DNA of 59,007 nucleotides, the filler included, from Rhizaria sp. SCN 62-66 (Eukaryota), in assembly GCA_001724265.1 (NCBI GenBank). It is 5 parts of 5 records of this genome, joined end to end, with 100 filler letters (N's around TTAATTAATTAA, not from the genome) between each part and the next. Parts side by side here need not be neighbours in the genome. Positions count along the whole stretch, not along the records: positions 34,599 to 48,671 come from MEDY01000558.1; positions 48,772 to 59,007 come from MEDY01000559.1; 3 more parts are not named here. The stretch is one strand, 5' to 3'. The notes below the pieces were generated by a model. It was not told where the DNA came from, did no database searches, and was given only the letters and a program-made list of their open reading frames with translations. Below, piece after piece: positions 38,302-50,853 of the stretch. Position 1 is the first letter of the stretch, and the number at the start of each line of letters is the position of its first letter. The translations under genes and the position numbers were made by a program.

Positions 38302-41300
38302 TCAGTTGTCGAGCGTCACCACGAGTGTCGGGTCGTCAGTTGTCTCACGCCTGCGCCGCCTCGCCTCAGCGCCCGCAATCGCGTCCGCCGCCGCCGTGTC
38401 CGCGTCGCAGGCACCGAGCTCGCGGCCCTCACCGTCGACGCGGTTTGCCGCCGCCGCCGTGGCAGCCAGCGACGCCGCCACGGCGCTCTGCCGGTCGTGA
38501 ACGCCGTCGTCAGTGCTGGCGGCCTGGTCGCGAACGAGGTCAAACGTGCGGGACCAGCCCGGTGTGGTGCCGGAGGATAGCACCAAAACCTCGTCGTGGT
38601 TGTTGCGGCCGCGCTTGACATGGCCGCCGTCGGCCACTGCAGCCTCGAGTGCGGCCTCAGCCTCCGCGGCCGCGGCGAGGTAACGGCGGCGCGTGGCAGC
38701 GGCGCTGTTGACGTCGTCCTCGCCGGCGAGCTTGCGCTCATTTGCCGCGGCGAGTGCTAAAGACCTCTTGTCGTCGCGCGCGCGCTTCTCGTGCAACTTG
38801 TCCTGGCGCCACTTGCGCATGACTTGCTGGATGTCGTGGCCGAGGATGTAGGCCTCGCGCAGCTGGCGACGGAGCGGCGCAAGTTGCATCTCCTCGCGTT
38901 GCAACACAATAAACGCGATGACAACGACAACGAAAAAGAATATGACAAGAATGCATATGAACACAGTGGCGACGACTTTGGCAGTGTGCGAGACAGTTTC
39001 GACAAAGAGGAAGTTGGCCAGGAAAAAGATCATGAACGACGTGCCCAGCGACAGGAACTCCACTGCGCCTGGAATACGGTTCTCAAACGGCTTAGCAAAT
39101 ATCTGTGCAAGAATACACACAAAGATTAACAGAGATGCCATCATGAGCTGAGTGTGCAGCGCGCCGGGGAAGAAGACGGCAATGGCGACGAGAGCAACCT
39201 TGCGGAACATTTCAACCAGAAACCAGTAATAGCGCGTGGGTTTGTAGCCGCGGTACAGGAAAGCCATCTGCGCCTCAAAGACCTTCTTTTGCGCACGCAG
39301 GATAGCTGAGGTGCCGGTAACGGGCGCCTGGATCAACGCGCGATTGCGGTACAGAATGGCCCACGCAAAGAGCGGAATGCCAAGTACCCAGAAGATGAGC
39401 ATTGGCACGCCGAGGACGAGGATGAACAGCACGTGCTGCGCCGAGTAGCAGGGCTCGCTGAGGTCGCCGAGCATGAAACTAGCGCCGGGGTCCGCAATGC
39501 CGCCAATGCTCTTACAGGATAACACCATGAAGAACTGGCGTGTGATATTGGGGTGGATCATGAACATGACAACTGTGATGGCAGTAATGATGTAGCCCAC
39601 AAACTCGGCGAACACGTTGTTGAGCGCGTGCTCAGCGGCGTAGAGCTTCTTGCGCATTTCCGCGCGCGTAAGACGCGGCTTCACAGCGCGCGCGTGCTGC
39701 TCGCGAGCGGCCTCGTACATCTCCTTGCCCTTCTCTTCGCCGTATGCTGCCAGGTACCACGTGAGCTGCTTGTGAGCCCGCGCGCGCTCGATTGCGCGCT
39801 CGTGGCGGATGGTGTGGTCGCGCAACACTTCAGCTTCATACTCTACCTCAGCGGACTCACAGGAGACAGCATAGGCGTTCTCCATATCAGTCGCGTCCTG
39901 CAACACATTGGCAATCTCGAAGCTCGAAGTGGCCTCGGCGACGCGCTTTTCGGCGTCGGCTCTGATGCGCGCGTCGTCGAAGTCGCCCTTGCGCCTGCGG
40001 TACTGATCAAAAAGCGAGGTCCACCCGGCACGCGCAGATAGCTCCTGCGCCTTGGTACGGGCCGCGGACACGAGCTCGGCTGCGTAAACGCCCTCGGCGG
40101 CGTCGGCGTCATCCAGCCGCTGGCGCATGTCCGCTGCAAAGTCGTCCAGGATGAGGTCGAAGTCTCTGCGGGCTGCGTGCTGCGAGTACTCACGCAGATC
40201 AGCAGTCGTGCCGTCATTGTCCACAAACAACGCGCTCCCGGCGTTGTCATCGCCGTGGCTGCCGCCGGTGGCCAAGTGACGGGCGCGTGTGTTGCGTTTG
40301 GGCGAGGCCGCGTTGCTGCCAGAGTCGCTGTCAGAGTGGGAAAGCACTGCGCCGTCAATCGACGCAATAAGCGCACTGCTCTTGGCAAGAGAGCTGCATC
40401 TGCCGAGCATACGGCGCTTGGAGCTGGTCGGCGAGTGCGCTTTACTTCCGTCGTTATCGTCGTGCGCATCAGTGTCGCCGTCGGCAAACGTAGAGCACGA
40501 CTGAAGATGACGACTGTGGAACTTGATGTTGTCGGTCCCACTGGTGGCGCTAACGTCGTCTCCGCCGCCCGTTGCGATGTCAAGGTTTTCGTCGCTCTCG
40601 TTGAGATCCATTGCGTCGGTGAAATCGTTGTGCTTGAATTCGATGTCATAATTCGTGCTGCCGTCCATCGACGCCGCCGCTAAATACGGCGAAGTCGGCT
40701 GCCCTACGCGCTCGTTGCGCCAGGACACCTCATCGTTTGCGGCAAACGCGTTGCCAAGCTTGAAGGCGTCAGCGGTGTTGCGACTGCCGCGGCCCACGGA
40801 ATTGCGGCTGCCGCTAACACTGACGTGCCGCGCTGCGCCTCGCGTTACCGAACGCTCCTGCTGCTGGAGCCGGAACTGTTGCGGGTGCAACCGCGGGTTG
40901 CTGCCGCCGAGAGTGGGCGATTTGAGCTGCGAGAGCGACTGGCCGCGCAGAAGTGGACCGGCAAGGCTCGCGACGGGGCCGAGCACAGTGGTCTGTGCAC
41001 CGAGGCGCGGACTGTGGGCAAGCGAAGCAACGGCGGTGGATGCGGGTCTGTCGGGGGCATTAGCGGCTGCCCTAGGGGGCAAAGACGTAAATGCGGGCGA
41101 GACGTTGCCGACCACGGAGGGGGAACGGTGGCTGCGACGAGTGTAGGGAGAATTAGCGGTGGCCAACAGCGTCGCTTGCTGCGCGTGGTGCGCTGGAGAG
41201 GTGTCACTGAGAATGGGCACAGCGCCAAAGTCGGAGAACGAGTTAGAGTAGGGGGCAGAAAGGGGACTGCGGGCCAATGACGCCGCAGCAACAAGCGGGC

Positions 41301-44300
41301 TGCTGTTGTTGTTGTTGTTTGCTACACCGGTGTTATGTGCTTGGGCAACCACAAACTCGCCAAGATCCTCATCATCTGCGCCATGGTCTTCGTCAGTCGC
41401 ACTATAGTCATAGTGACTATGACTCTGAATGTGGCTGTCGGGGCGCGAGTGCGCTGGCGGGCGCACCGGCGGCGGCAGCGGCGCCTCGGCCACGTCGCCT
41501 GCCGAGTTAACCCCGATGCGCCGCCGCTGGCGGACAGCAACGCGGCGCTTTTGCCCGGCGCCAGCAGCGCGGCCGCTGCCGCCGTCGGCACTCAAGTTAC
41601 TGGCACCAAGAGCGGGGCTCTGGCGCAGCGACCGCACGGCTGACGGTGCTGAGGCTGCGTCAGCACTGGCGCCATCTGCAGCGCTGCTATTAGCGTATTT
41701 GTCATGACGCTGTGGAGAACAGTCGAAGGTGTTGTAGCTGTCCACAGCAAGGCCCTTGTCCTCATCAATGAGCTCCCATACGAGCTTATTCTCGCGCTCG
41801 ATCTTCTCGCGGCGCTCGCGCACCTGCTCACCGCGGGCGCGCTTTTCGCTCTCTTTGAGTTCAACGATGACCTCGGCCGACAGCGCGCGCTCCTCGGCGG
41901 CCTGCTTGAGCAGCTCCCTGCGGTAGCGGAGACGCGCGGCGTAGTACATCGGCGTAAAGACCGTTGCGGGCAACAGGACCCCAACCAGCGGCAGCACCAT
42001 TATGCAAATGGTGGTTACCCAGAACGGCTGCACTGCGGGGTGTTCGGCCAGGAAGCAGTCAAGAGATAGGAATGCTGTGCCGACACCGCCGGCAGTGTCC
42101 GCAGTGCTGAAAACGTCCGCGAGTAAGCCGGGCCACTGCAGGTCATAGCGCGCGGCAATAGACATCACCTGCAGACCGGACGTGGCGACCTTTAGCAGCA
42201 GCGGTACGGCGGGCGCGGGCAGCTCGTTCATCGACTGCTTGCCGTCGGTGATCTGCTTCCAGACCAGGATGGTACAAATCGCGATTGCGCCAAGGATGGA
42301 AAGAATGAGGAGGAACGTGCGCAGCGCGGGCTCGTTGCAGCGCGCGCACTCAAACGCTGAGCTTTTGCCGTAGCCGGGGAGACAGACCGCACAGAGGTTG
42401 CCGGTGTGGCCTTCGAGACAGGCGTCGCTGCCGCGGCACGCGCTGTTGATGCACAACTCAAACGACGGCGTGGCGAAGCGCTCGTACTCCGTGTCGCGCG
42501 CAAACCCGCCAGCGGTGAGCACAGCAACGCTGTTGTGGGACAGCAGCATGGCGGTGTTGTGATTAATTTGCTCCACAACACGCAGGTAAAGTTCTTCGCT
42601 TGAGCTCTCATGAGAGTAAGCACCGGTGACACTGGGGTATACATCGACGTTAACCACGGCAACTAGAGCCGCATCATCGCGCGTTAAAGTGTCGTTCGTA
42701 AGGCGAAAGACTTCAGTTTGAGCAACAGCATTGCGTTTTTTGGTTTTAGGCGTGTTGCTGCTACTGACAACACTCTCCTCAGCAGCAAACTTGGCAGCCC
42801 TAAGCTCGCCCTCCGTGGTAAAGTTTAGCCCCACAAGCACAATGCGCTCCAGCGGCAGATCAGAGTCGTCGTAGAGCATCTTCGTGACTGCGGCACGTGC
42901 CACTTTGCGCGCCTCCTCGTTTGCAGTGTGCGTGGGCACGTACAACCGCACGCGCACAACGCTGTCGCGCTCGTAGCGGATTACAGCGGGCGCAAATCCA
43001 GGCAGAGACTTAATGTTGTAGATCGTCGTCCCGGGAACAGTACAGTCACCGCCGAGCATGCACTTGACGCACGTGCCGTCAGCGTCCATGTATGCGCCCA
43101 CTGCGCAGCGGCAGAATGTGTAGTCTTCGTTACTCTCCGCGCCGAGCGCGCACGCCTCGCAGACGGAAGATCCCTCTAGCCGCGCGAACGTGCCGGGCGG
43201 GCACTGCATGCAGGCACCGGAGCGCTCGCCAGAGAAGCTGCCGCGCGCGCAGACGCCGCAGGAGTGGGCGCCCAGGTCGGAGTACTGGCCGGCGGGGCAG
43301 ACTGTGCAGCTGATAGCGCCGGTGCTGTTGGAGTAGAGGCCGGGCGAGCACTGACGACAGGCCGTTTGCGACCATATGTCGTTGAAGTAGCCCGCTTCGC
43401 AGGGCAGACACAAGGTGTCAAGGCCATACTGGCCGGGCGGACACTGCACGTATGACAGCAGGATGTTATCGAGCGACATCGTTCCGTAGCGCTGCATCAG
43501 CGTGACTGTGCGCTCGCTTGCGGAGCCGGGGGGCGTGGTGCACGTGACGCGCTCATGCGGGTACGTTGGGTCATGCGTGACGTTGAGACAGTTCTGCCCA
43601 CCAACCATAACTGTCGAGGCCATGACACCAAAGTTGCGTCCAATCAGCTCGATCTTGTTGCCGCCCAGGCGGTTACACTCGTGGATCAGCGAATCCGATA
43701 CGCTTTCGCAGCCGCGGATGCCCGTGATGGAAGGGGGTGCGTACGACACGCGACTGCGCGACTCAAAGCGCTGCGAGCCGGCCTTAACGGTGACGGTCAG
43801 TGCCTCGCCCGTATTGACTGGCAGCGCGCACGTGAAGAAGGTGTTGTTGGCACGCTCCATCTGCAAACACTGACGACCGCTGATAATGAGTGATAATGGC
43901 TCGAGAAAGGCTGTGCCCATAATCGTGAGGCGTACGTCGCCGCCATCGGTAGGGCAGCCGCTGGTGCGGCCGTTAATCACGTCGTCATGCGGGCAGCCAT
44001 ACACAGCTGTGATCTCGGGGACCTGCGGGTACGAGTAGCGGTCTGTGGAAATGACGCAGCGGCCTGCAATGCAAAGACGGAAGCGGAGATCAATCCTGTT
44101 AACACGATCCTGCGTGTGGCACGCAGCCGTAAGCATGTAACCGCTATACATCAACGACATTGCATGGTTGAAGTCGCACACGTACTGGAAGTCGTCTGCC
44201 GAGAGCGCTTCACCGTACCGCATCGTAATCAGCTGCGGCCGCTCTAGGTAAAAGTTGTTGACCGCCATGAGGACGTCCTCACCGAGCGAGGTTTGACTGA

Positions 44301-47300
44301 CGTATTCGTTGGTCATCTGTGTCAGCCCGTTTGCAGTCACGCTCTGCAGTGTGCGCGGCACGAACATGGGCATGGGGTACGTCACACGCAAGCGCTCGTT
44401 AACCGGCACTTGCTCCATGTCTGCAGAGCTGTATGTACCTTGCCAGTCCCAGTTCCAGCGCGTGCAGTCGGGGACGTCACTGTCGTAAACGCCAACGCAA
44501 TACTGCAAAGATACAAACAAGGCTTCACCCTGACCCGGAGACAGCTCGCATGAAACGTCAAAGTAGTCAAACCCAACCACTGCACTTGCAGGCGCAGTTG
44601 CTGTAGTAACTTCGACGTTAGCGCACTCATACAGCAGCCACGAAGGGTTATCGTACAGCTCTTTGTTGGGGTTTAGGTAGCGCACACGACTAAAGTAAGG
44701 CTTTACGAGGCCAGCGCCGGCGCGCACAGCGAACTTGATGCGCTGACCGCCAGCGGTGTTGCTGGGCGTAAAAACGTTCTCAACGGCATCAAATGTAACA
44801 CCACCAAAAGGAGCATTAGGCTTGTACGGCACAGTGGTAACTAGCGGGACGCAGATGTAGCCGCCATACGTGTTAATGCACTGCGAGCGTGCGCCATGCA
44901 GCTTTGTGCAGTTGTTTGGCGTTGCACTCGTCAATGTCATTGCACGCGGGCTCGTTGGGGCTCCAGTGCCGGGTTGCGTCACAAGTACGCGTGAACGTGG
45001 TGTTACCGTTGCTGAACGCAAAGCCAGTCTTGCACGTGTAGTCAACTGTAGCGCCGAGGCGCGTGGGGCCCTTGATTGCGACTTCATCCCACGTGTACTC
45101 AATAGGCAGCGTGTTGTCAATCTCAGTCCGATTGATCGGACCGCAGTCAATCGGTGCGCAGCGCGGCTGCTCGAGTGGCAGCCAGCCCTGGTCGCGAGTG
45201 CCGCAGAGACGCGTGTTAGGAACAACATCATCGTAGATGTCACGCGTTTCGTAGCCAGGCGAGCATGAGTACGTTGCGATGGTACCGTATTGAGGCGTTG
45301 TTGCGGCGTTGCCGTTTATGTACGTGATAGATTCGACGTTGACCGTGCTTGGCAGCATGCTGCATTCGTTGATTTCGCAGTGCGGCAGCGGGGTGGGCAG
45401 CCAGCCGGTGGGCGAGCACTCGCGGCGGCCAACCTCAATGGCAGCACCGGCGCCCGTGGTAATGGACAGATAGTACTTGGTGTCAAGCGCAACGCCCGGG
45501 TACACAAGGTTGAAGCCAGTGTTGCAGCGGTACTCGATGACGGAGTTGTTGGAGTACATACCATTAACACCTGTCGCGATTTCCTGCACCAGGCCGCCCG
45601 AAAACGCGCCCGGGTTTGTGCACTGAACCGGCTGGCACGTGCGCGGAGTGCCGGACCACTTGCCGTTTGCCATGCACGAGATGCTGCCGCCTTGCGGCGT
45701 CACTGTTGCGCCGTATTCGCACGTGTAGGTTGCGGTGACACCGTAAAGGTTTGCCAGCTCCGCGGGCTCTTGCTTGATTGTGCCGTAGAAGACCGACTCA
45801 AGCGGCGGGCACGACATCGGTAGGCAGCGCGGCGCAAGCACCGGCTGCCAGCCTTCGTCGTCCACACAAGTACGCGTGTGTAGTGCGTCCGGGTCCACCC
45901 ACGCGTACCCGTCGTTACAAGCGTACTCAGCAACTGTATCAACGAAGTAGAATCCGGTGACCTTGTCCGTCGTCGTCACTTTGTCCTTGTACCAGAACGT
46001 AATCGGCTTTTGCGTCGACGGGTCGTGAAATATTTGCAAGCACATGTTGGTGCGGCACACGGGCGGTACGCCGCTCCACGTGCGGTCGGCGCCGCACGTT
46101 ACGGTGAGGCTGCCAGAGCTCAGCGTGTGTCCCGGTAGACACTCCCAGGTTGCGGTCGAGCCGAAGCGGCGCATGCCGTTGGGCGTCGCACTGTACGTCG
46201 GCTGCAGCGTGTTGGCGCCCGTGGTCAGCGCTGGGCACGTCACGGCCATGCAGGCAGGCGCAGCGGGCTGCGACCAGCCCACGGATGTGCAGCGCAGCGA
46301 CGCCGTAGTGCTCGCTGGTTCAAAGCCGCTCGCGCAGCCGTACGTCAACACGGCGCCGTAGGTTGTCATGGCGCCGTTGCCGCCAGCAACCGAGTACACG
46401 GGCCCCGTCACCGTCTTGTTGTCCGCCACGGGCGCCGGGCCGCAGTTGTGGATGGCGCAGTGCGGTGTTGCTTCGCCCCAGCCCGCGGCCTGGCACGTGG
46501 TGCTCCAGCTGCACGGCAGCGTCGCGCACGTGACCACTTGGCCTGCGCTTGTCACGAGATCATAGCCAGTCTCGCACACCGCAGTGACACGGGCAAGGAA
46601 GGCCGTCGGTCCAAAGCCGTTGTCATCATAGATGAAGTTGCCGTTAGTAAGCTTGACCATTGCACCGCAATCGATGTACACAACGTCAAGCTCGTACGTG
46701 GCCGTAGGAAGGAACGCAATGCCGCTGACGTAGTCGAACTTGAATACCGGCTTTACAGCACCTTCCACAGACACACCGGCGCCGTTGACAGTGTGCTGCC
46801 AGCAGCGCAACCAGAGATAGACCGCATCGACCGAGGAGATTGTGAGCTGTAATGACGCAGTCGTGTTCACAGACGTCCACGCCGACTCAATCGGCACTTT
46901 GGAGCTTGCGCCAGCAGATGCACGTGACACGGAGCAGTTTGCGAAGGCTGTGTTGGTCGACACACGCGCCACGGTTGCTTGGCCGGCGCCCATAATTGCG
47001 TACGAAGGCAAGACGCCCAGTTCAATTAGCACGGGCTCGCGCGCGTGCAGCTTGTCGGGCAGCCTGCGCACCTCGTAGCGGTTGCGCGCGGAGAATGTGC
47101 CTGTGACATGCACGCCCGCAAAAAGCGTGGTCGCGTCGCGGGGTCCGAGTGTGGCCGAGATGAAGTGCGCGACCGTGCTGCAGAGCAGGAAGACGTGCAC
47201 CGTGTCATGGTTAGCCGGGATCAACACGTTTACGCTAGACGTTACCGCTACGCCGTCGGTTAGCGGCAGGCCAAGTTCGTCAAAGTGCAGCAGTGCGACG

Positions 47301-48670
47301 CCGCACACAGAGGTGTTGACGGACAGAGTCAGCGTAGCGTCCTCGGGCCAGGTCGGCATCACGCGCACGCGCACAGAATGCGGCACTGCAACGGCAACGT
47401 TAACGTAGGTCGACGCGGTGCCGGGGAACTGAGTGTAGGCGGGCAGCGCGGCGTCTTCGGTCCACACGGCGCCACGCACGCGGAACGGCGCAGAGAAGAA
47501 GTCGTCGTAGAGATTCTCGTTGTTGATCACCTGAATGAACGCGCTGTTCTCGAGCGAAACGTCACAGACCATTGCAACGCCGACCGTCACCATAGTGGAC
47601 GTAAAAATCACAGTGTTTGGGCGCGTCGCATCCATGACATCAGCATCCGTCTCTCCGTAAAACTGGCAGCTGGACACCAAATCTTTGCTCGGACCTGTGA
47701 CAACGGAAAGCGTCAGCGTGGCAGGCTCCGGCGGCAGCGGGCTCAGCACGAAACGCATAACCCAACGGCGCAGCGAGGAGACCTCGCCCGTGAACGCAGT
47801 GCCGGCGGCAATGCCTGCGGTTGTCATGCGCACTGTGCCGCGCGGCTGCATTGGCAGCGACACCAGCGGCACGTAGGGACTGCCGGACGTGATCTCGGCG
47901 ATAACGTAGAAACTTTCGCTCTTCGGCAGATCGCATGAAATGAGCAGGTCGCGCTCGGTCTCACCCAGCACGGACTGAATTTGCGCCTGTGCACCAAGAA
48001 GCTCGAAGCCGCCGCCGGGCTTGGTGATGGAGAACTGGCAGCCGGAGACCGCGGAGGACATCTTTAAGTTGATAACTGTCAGAGCCACCACGGCAGGCTG
48101 CATACGCAGACGGAAGGTCGTCATGTTGGTCACGGGGGCGCGCAGGTAATACGGCTTAGGTAGCACAGAATGCGGCGCGACAGGTGTGTTGGACAGTGCT
48201 AGGCGCGCGCTCATGTCGGTGACGTCACGAGCGGTACCAACGATTTCAGTGGGCATCCTGAACTCGAGTGACATGCGGCCGTAGGTGATCGTCGGCCCAA
48301 GGTTGTAGGGCATGTATGCGGTCGTTTCGATGGCAATGATCGAACCTACTGAGTGCGGGCGACTGCAGATAAGTCCAAACACAAGGTTGTCAGCAAGGTT
48401 GACGTGTTGCCACTGAATCGTGCGTTGCATGCGCTTCTCATTGTCCGCCAAGGTGAACATACAGCTCGCCGCCGACGTTGTCTGCACCACCCGCACCACC
48501 ACGGGTTCCTCCGGCTGCGGGTCAAAGCCAACGCGCACACGGTAGAAGGCACCAGCCAGGTAGTAGGGCCGGTCGGAGTCGGCAAGGTCCAGCTGCTCCA
48601 CAACCAGGTTGCCCTTGGTCTGCAGTGGCGTGGAGACGGTTTGCGCAAACGCAAAGAAACCTCGACTGTG
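38302..48670 (-). CDS. Giant cell-surface multi-pass membrane protein (>3400 aa, 5'-truncated): 8 Sushi/CCP, Ca-binding EGF, IPT/TIG, Cys-rich CxxC repeats and a C-terminal multi-TM domain; apparent +1 frameshift near 44915
   Basis: Eight C..Y.C..G(Y/F)..C..W..P.C units. DIDEC...CINTYGGYIC is split across two frames. P.IT...GG...I.G..F TIG motifs. CPPG/C..C..G repeats. TM block with FLYRGYKPTRYYW..VEMFRK. Ends at TGA. Confidence 0.85.
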
Positions 48671-48671
48671 A

Positions 48672-48771
48672 NNNNNNNNNNNNNNNNNNNNNNNNNNNNN
48701 NNNNNNNNNNNNNNNTTAATTAATTAANNNNNNNNNNNNNNNNNNNNNNNNNNNNNNNNNNNNNNNNNNNN
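48672..48771. other. Artificial contig spacer (TTAATTAATTAA at 48716-48727)
   Basis: Same linker as the other gaps. Confidence 0.95.
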
Positions 48772-50853
48772 GGCGGCGGCGGCGACGGCCGAGGGCGAGA
48801 GCAGGGGGTGAAGCTGCGGCGCGGGGCGCGCGTCCCAAGACCAGCGGCCGACGACGCCGCAGTGCGCGAGCAGCACGCACAGCGCGGACCGCGCCGCGGC
48901 CGCTGCGACGGGCTCGCCGGTCAGCGCCAGCACCGCGCCACCGCCGGGGCCCGTCGCGGTCGCGGCCGTGCTCGCGGCGGCCGCGACGTTGGCGTGCGCG
49001 TTGTGCGCGCCGCCTGACGACGCCGAGCCCGTCGCGGAGCCAGCGGCGGCGGGCCCCGTGGTCGCAGCAGCGGTTGGTGTAGCGGCGGTCACATTGAGCA
49101 CGTCGAATAGCCCCGCGCGCAGGCGCTGGAGCAGCACCGTGGCGGCGGGATCGAAGCCCAGCGCCGCGCAGCCCGGCCCGTCAAGAGCGCCCTGCATCAC
49201 CGCCAGCGCGGGCTTCGGCACCGCCGCCAGCGCCGCGTCCATCACGGACTCGATTCCGCTGCTGCTCACCGTCGCTGCGGAAGCCGCTGTGGCAGTTTGC
49301 ACCGCGCTCGCAGCGGCGGCGGCGGCGCCACGGCCGGTCGCAGCGCTCGCTGTGGCGCCAGCGGGCAGCGCGCCGGGGAGCCCCGCACCAGCCACGCTGC
49401 TGCTGCTGCTGCTCGCGTTGCGGTTGCCGCCGCCGCCGCCGCGGGTGGGCGCGGGCGCGGCGACGCCACCGGCGGCAATGACCGCGACAAGCGGCGAGGC
49501 CTCGTGGGGCGCGTGCGCGGCCGAGAAGAGCAGCGGGTCGCCCGTGGCCAACGCGGCCGCGGCCGTCGCGCACAGCGCATCAGCGGGCGCCGACGCCAGC
49601 GCCAGCAGGAGCGGGTCCGTCGGCAGCCCCGGCGTCCCCGGCGCAGTGGCAGACGCCGCAGTGGCGGACGACGCGGCGTGGTCTGCGAGGTCGTGGAGCA
49701 GGGACTCGAGTCCGCGCGCGGCGTCGCGCTCCACGTGGGCCAGCACGCGCACTGCAGGCTCCAGCGGCGCTGCGGCGGCCACAGCAGCGGACTGTGCGCG
49801 CAGAGCTGATGCCACGCGCCGCAGCAGCGCTGAGGCCGTCGCGGACGCGGCCGCCGCGGCGGGCGACGGGGCCGCAGCGGACGATGATGACAGCGAAGCT
49901 GACACTGACGCTGAGGCGGACGCAGAGGACGCGAGCTGCCGTGACGACGACGCCAAAGACGAGGCTGACGCAGCCGGGGCGGATGAGGCAGACGCCTGGT
50001 CCTGCTGCTGCTGCAGCTGCAGCTGCTGCTGTTGGCCGAGCGCGGGCGCCGCGACGGGCGCGCGCGCGGCGTCGGCGTCGTGCGCAAGCGCGCAGGCAAG
50101 CGAGAGCGCGCACGCGGCCGCCCAGACCGGATCCGTGTGCGCGGGCGGGAGGCGTTCGAGCGCGGCGCACACGCGCTGCAGCGACGGCAGCGCGAGCGCG
50201 AAGAGACCCGGGCGCAGCAGCGGCCGCACTGCGCGCGCGTGCACCAGCGAGGCGTTGTACACGAGCTCGGGGAACCGCGCGGCCGCCGCGGCCGGAGCGT
50301 CGCCGGCAGCGTCGCCACCCAGCGAGGCGGGAAACTTCGCGGTCGCGGCCGCGGCCACGGGCACGGGCTGCGGCCCCAACGGCGAGGGCAGGCTGAGCAC
50401 CGACACGGGCGCAGCGGCGGCGGCGGCGACGGCGGCAGGCTGCGCGGGCGCGAGCAGCGCGGCGTAGGCGGGCGCGTCCGCAATGTCAAGCGCGGACATG
50501 ACGAGGCTAACGGCCTCGAGCAGCTGCGCGGGCGCCCGCACCAGCGGCTGCGGGTCTTCGTCCGCGGCCGCCAGCGCAGTCACCGCGCCAGCTACGGCAG
50601 CGGCAGACGCGATGGCCACGTCCGCCTCGCACAAGAACGCACGCGCGCGCAGCGCGGACTAGGTGGGGAACGGCGGCAGCGTTGATAGGGTGGAAATCGC
50701 CTTCTTGGCGAGGACAGTGTGGGAGACGCGGCAGGCAGCCTCAGCCAAGGTCAAAACGGCCTCGTGGGCGTTGAGGCTGCCGGCGTCGAGAGAGCTTTGA
50801 AGCACTGACCACTGGGCATCCAGCGCGGGCCACTCCGCCTGTGGGGATTGCAT
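48772..50853 (-). CDS. Hypothetical Ala-rich helical protein, 3'-truncated by gap; in-frame TAG at 50661-50659
   Basis: ORFs 50659..50913 and 48724..50634 share a frame and read LPPFPT*SALRARAFLCEADV. First in-frame ATG is at 50853. No family recognised. Confidence 0.65.

Noticed and set aside
12327-48771. Repeated TTAATTAATTAA elements flanked by Ns, and gene clustering across them
   Set aside because: Artificial concatenation linker, so adjacency across gaps has no biological meaning.
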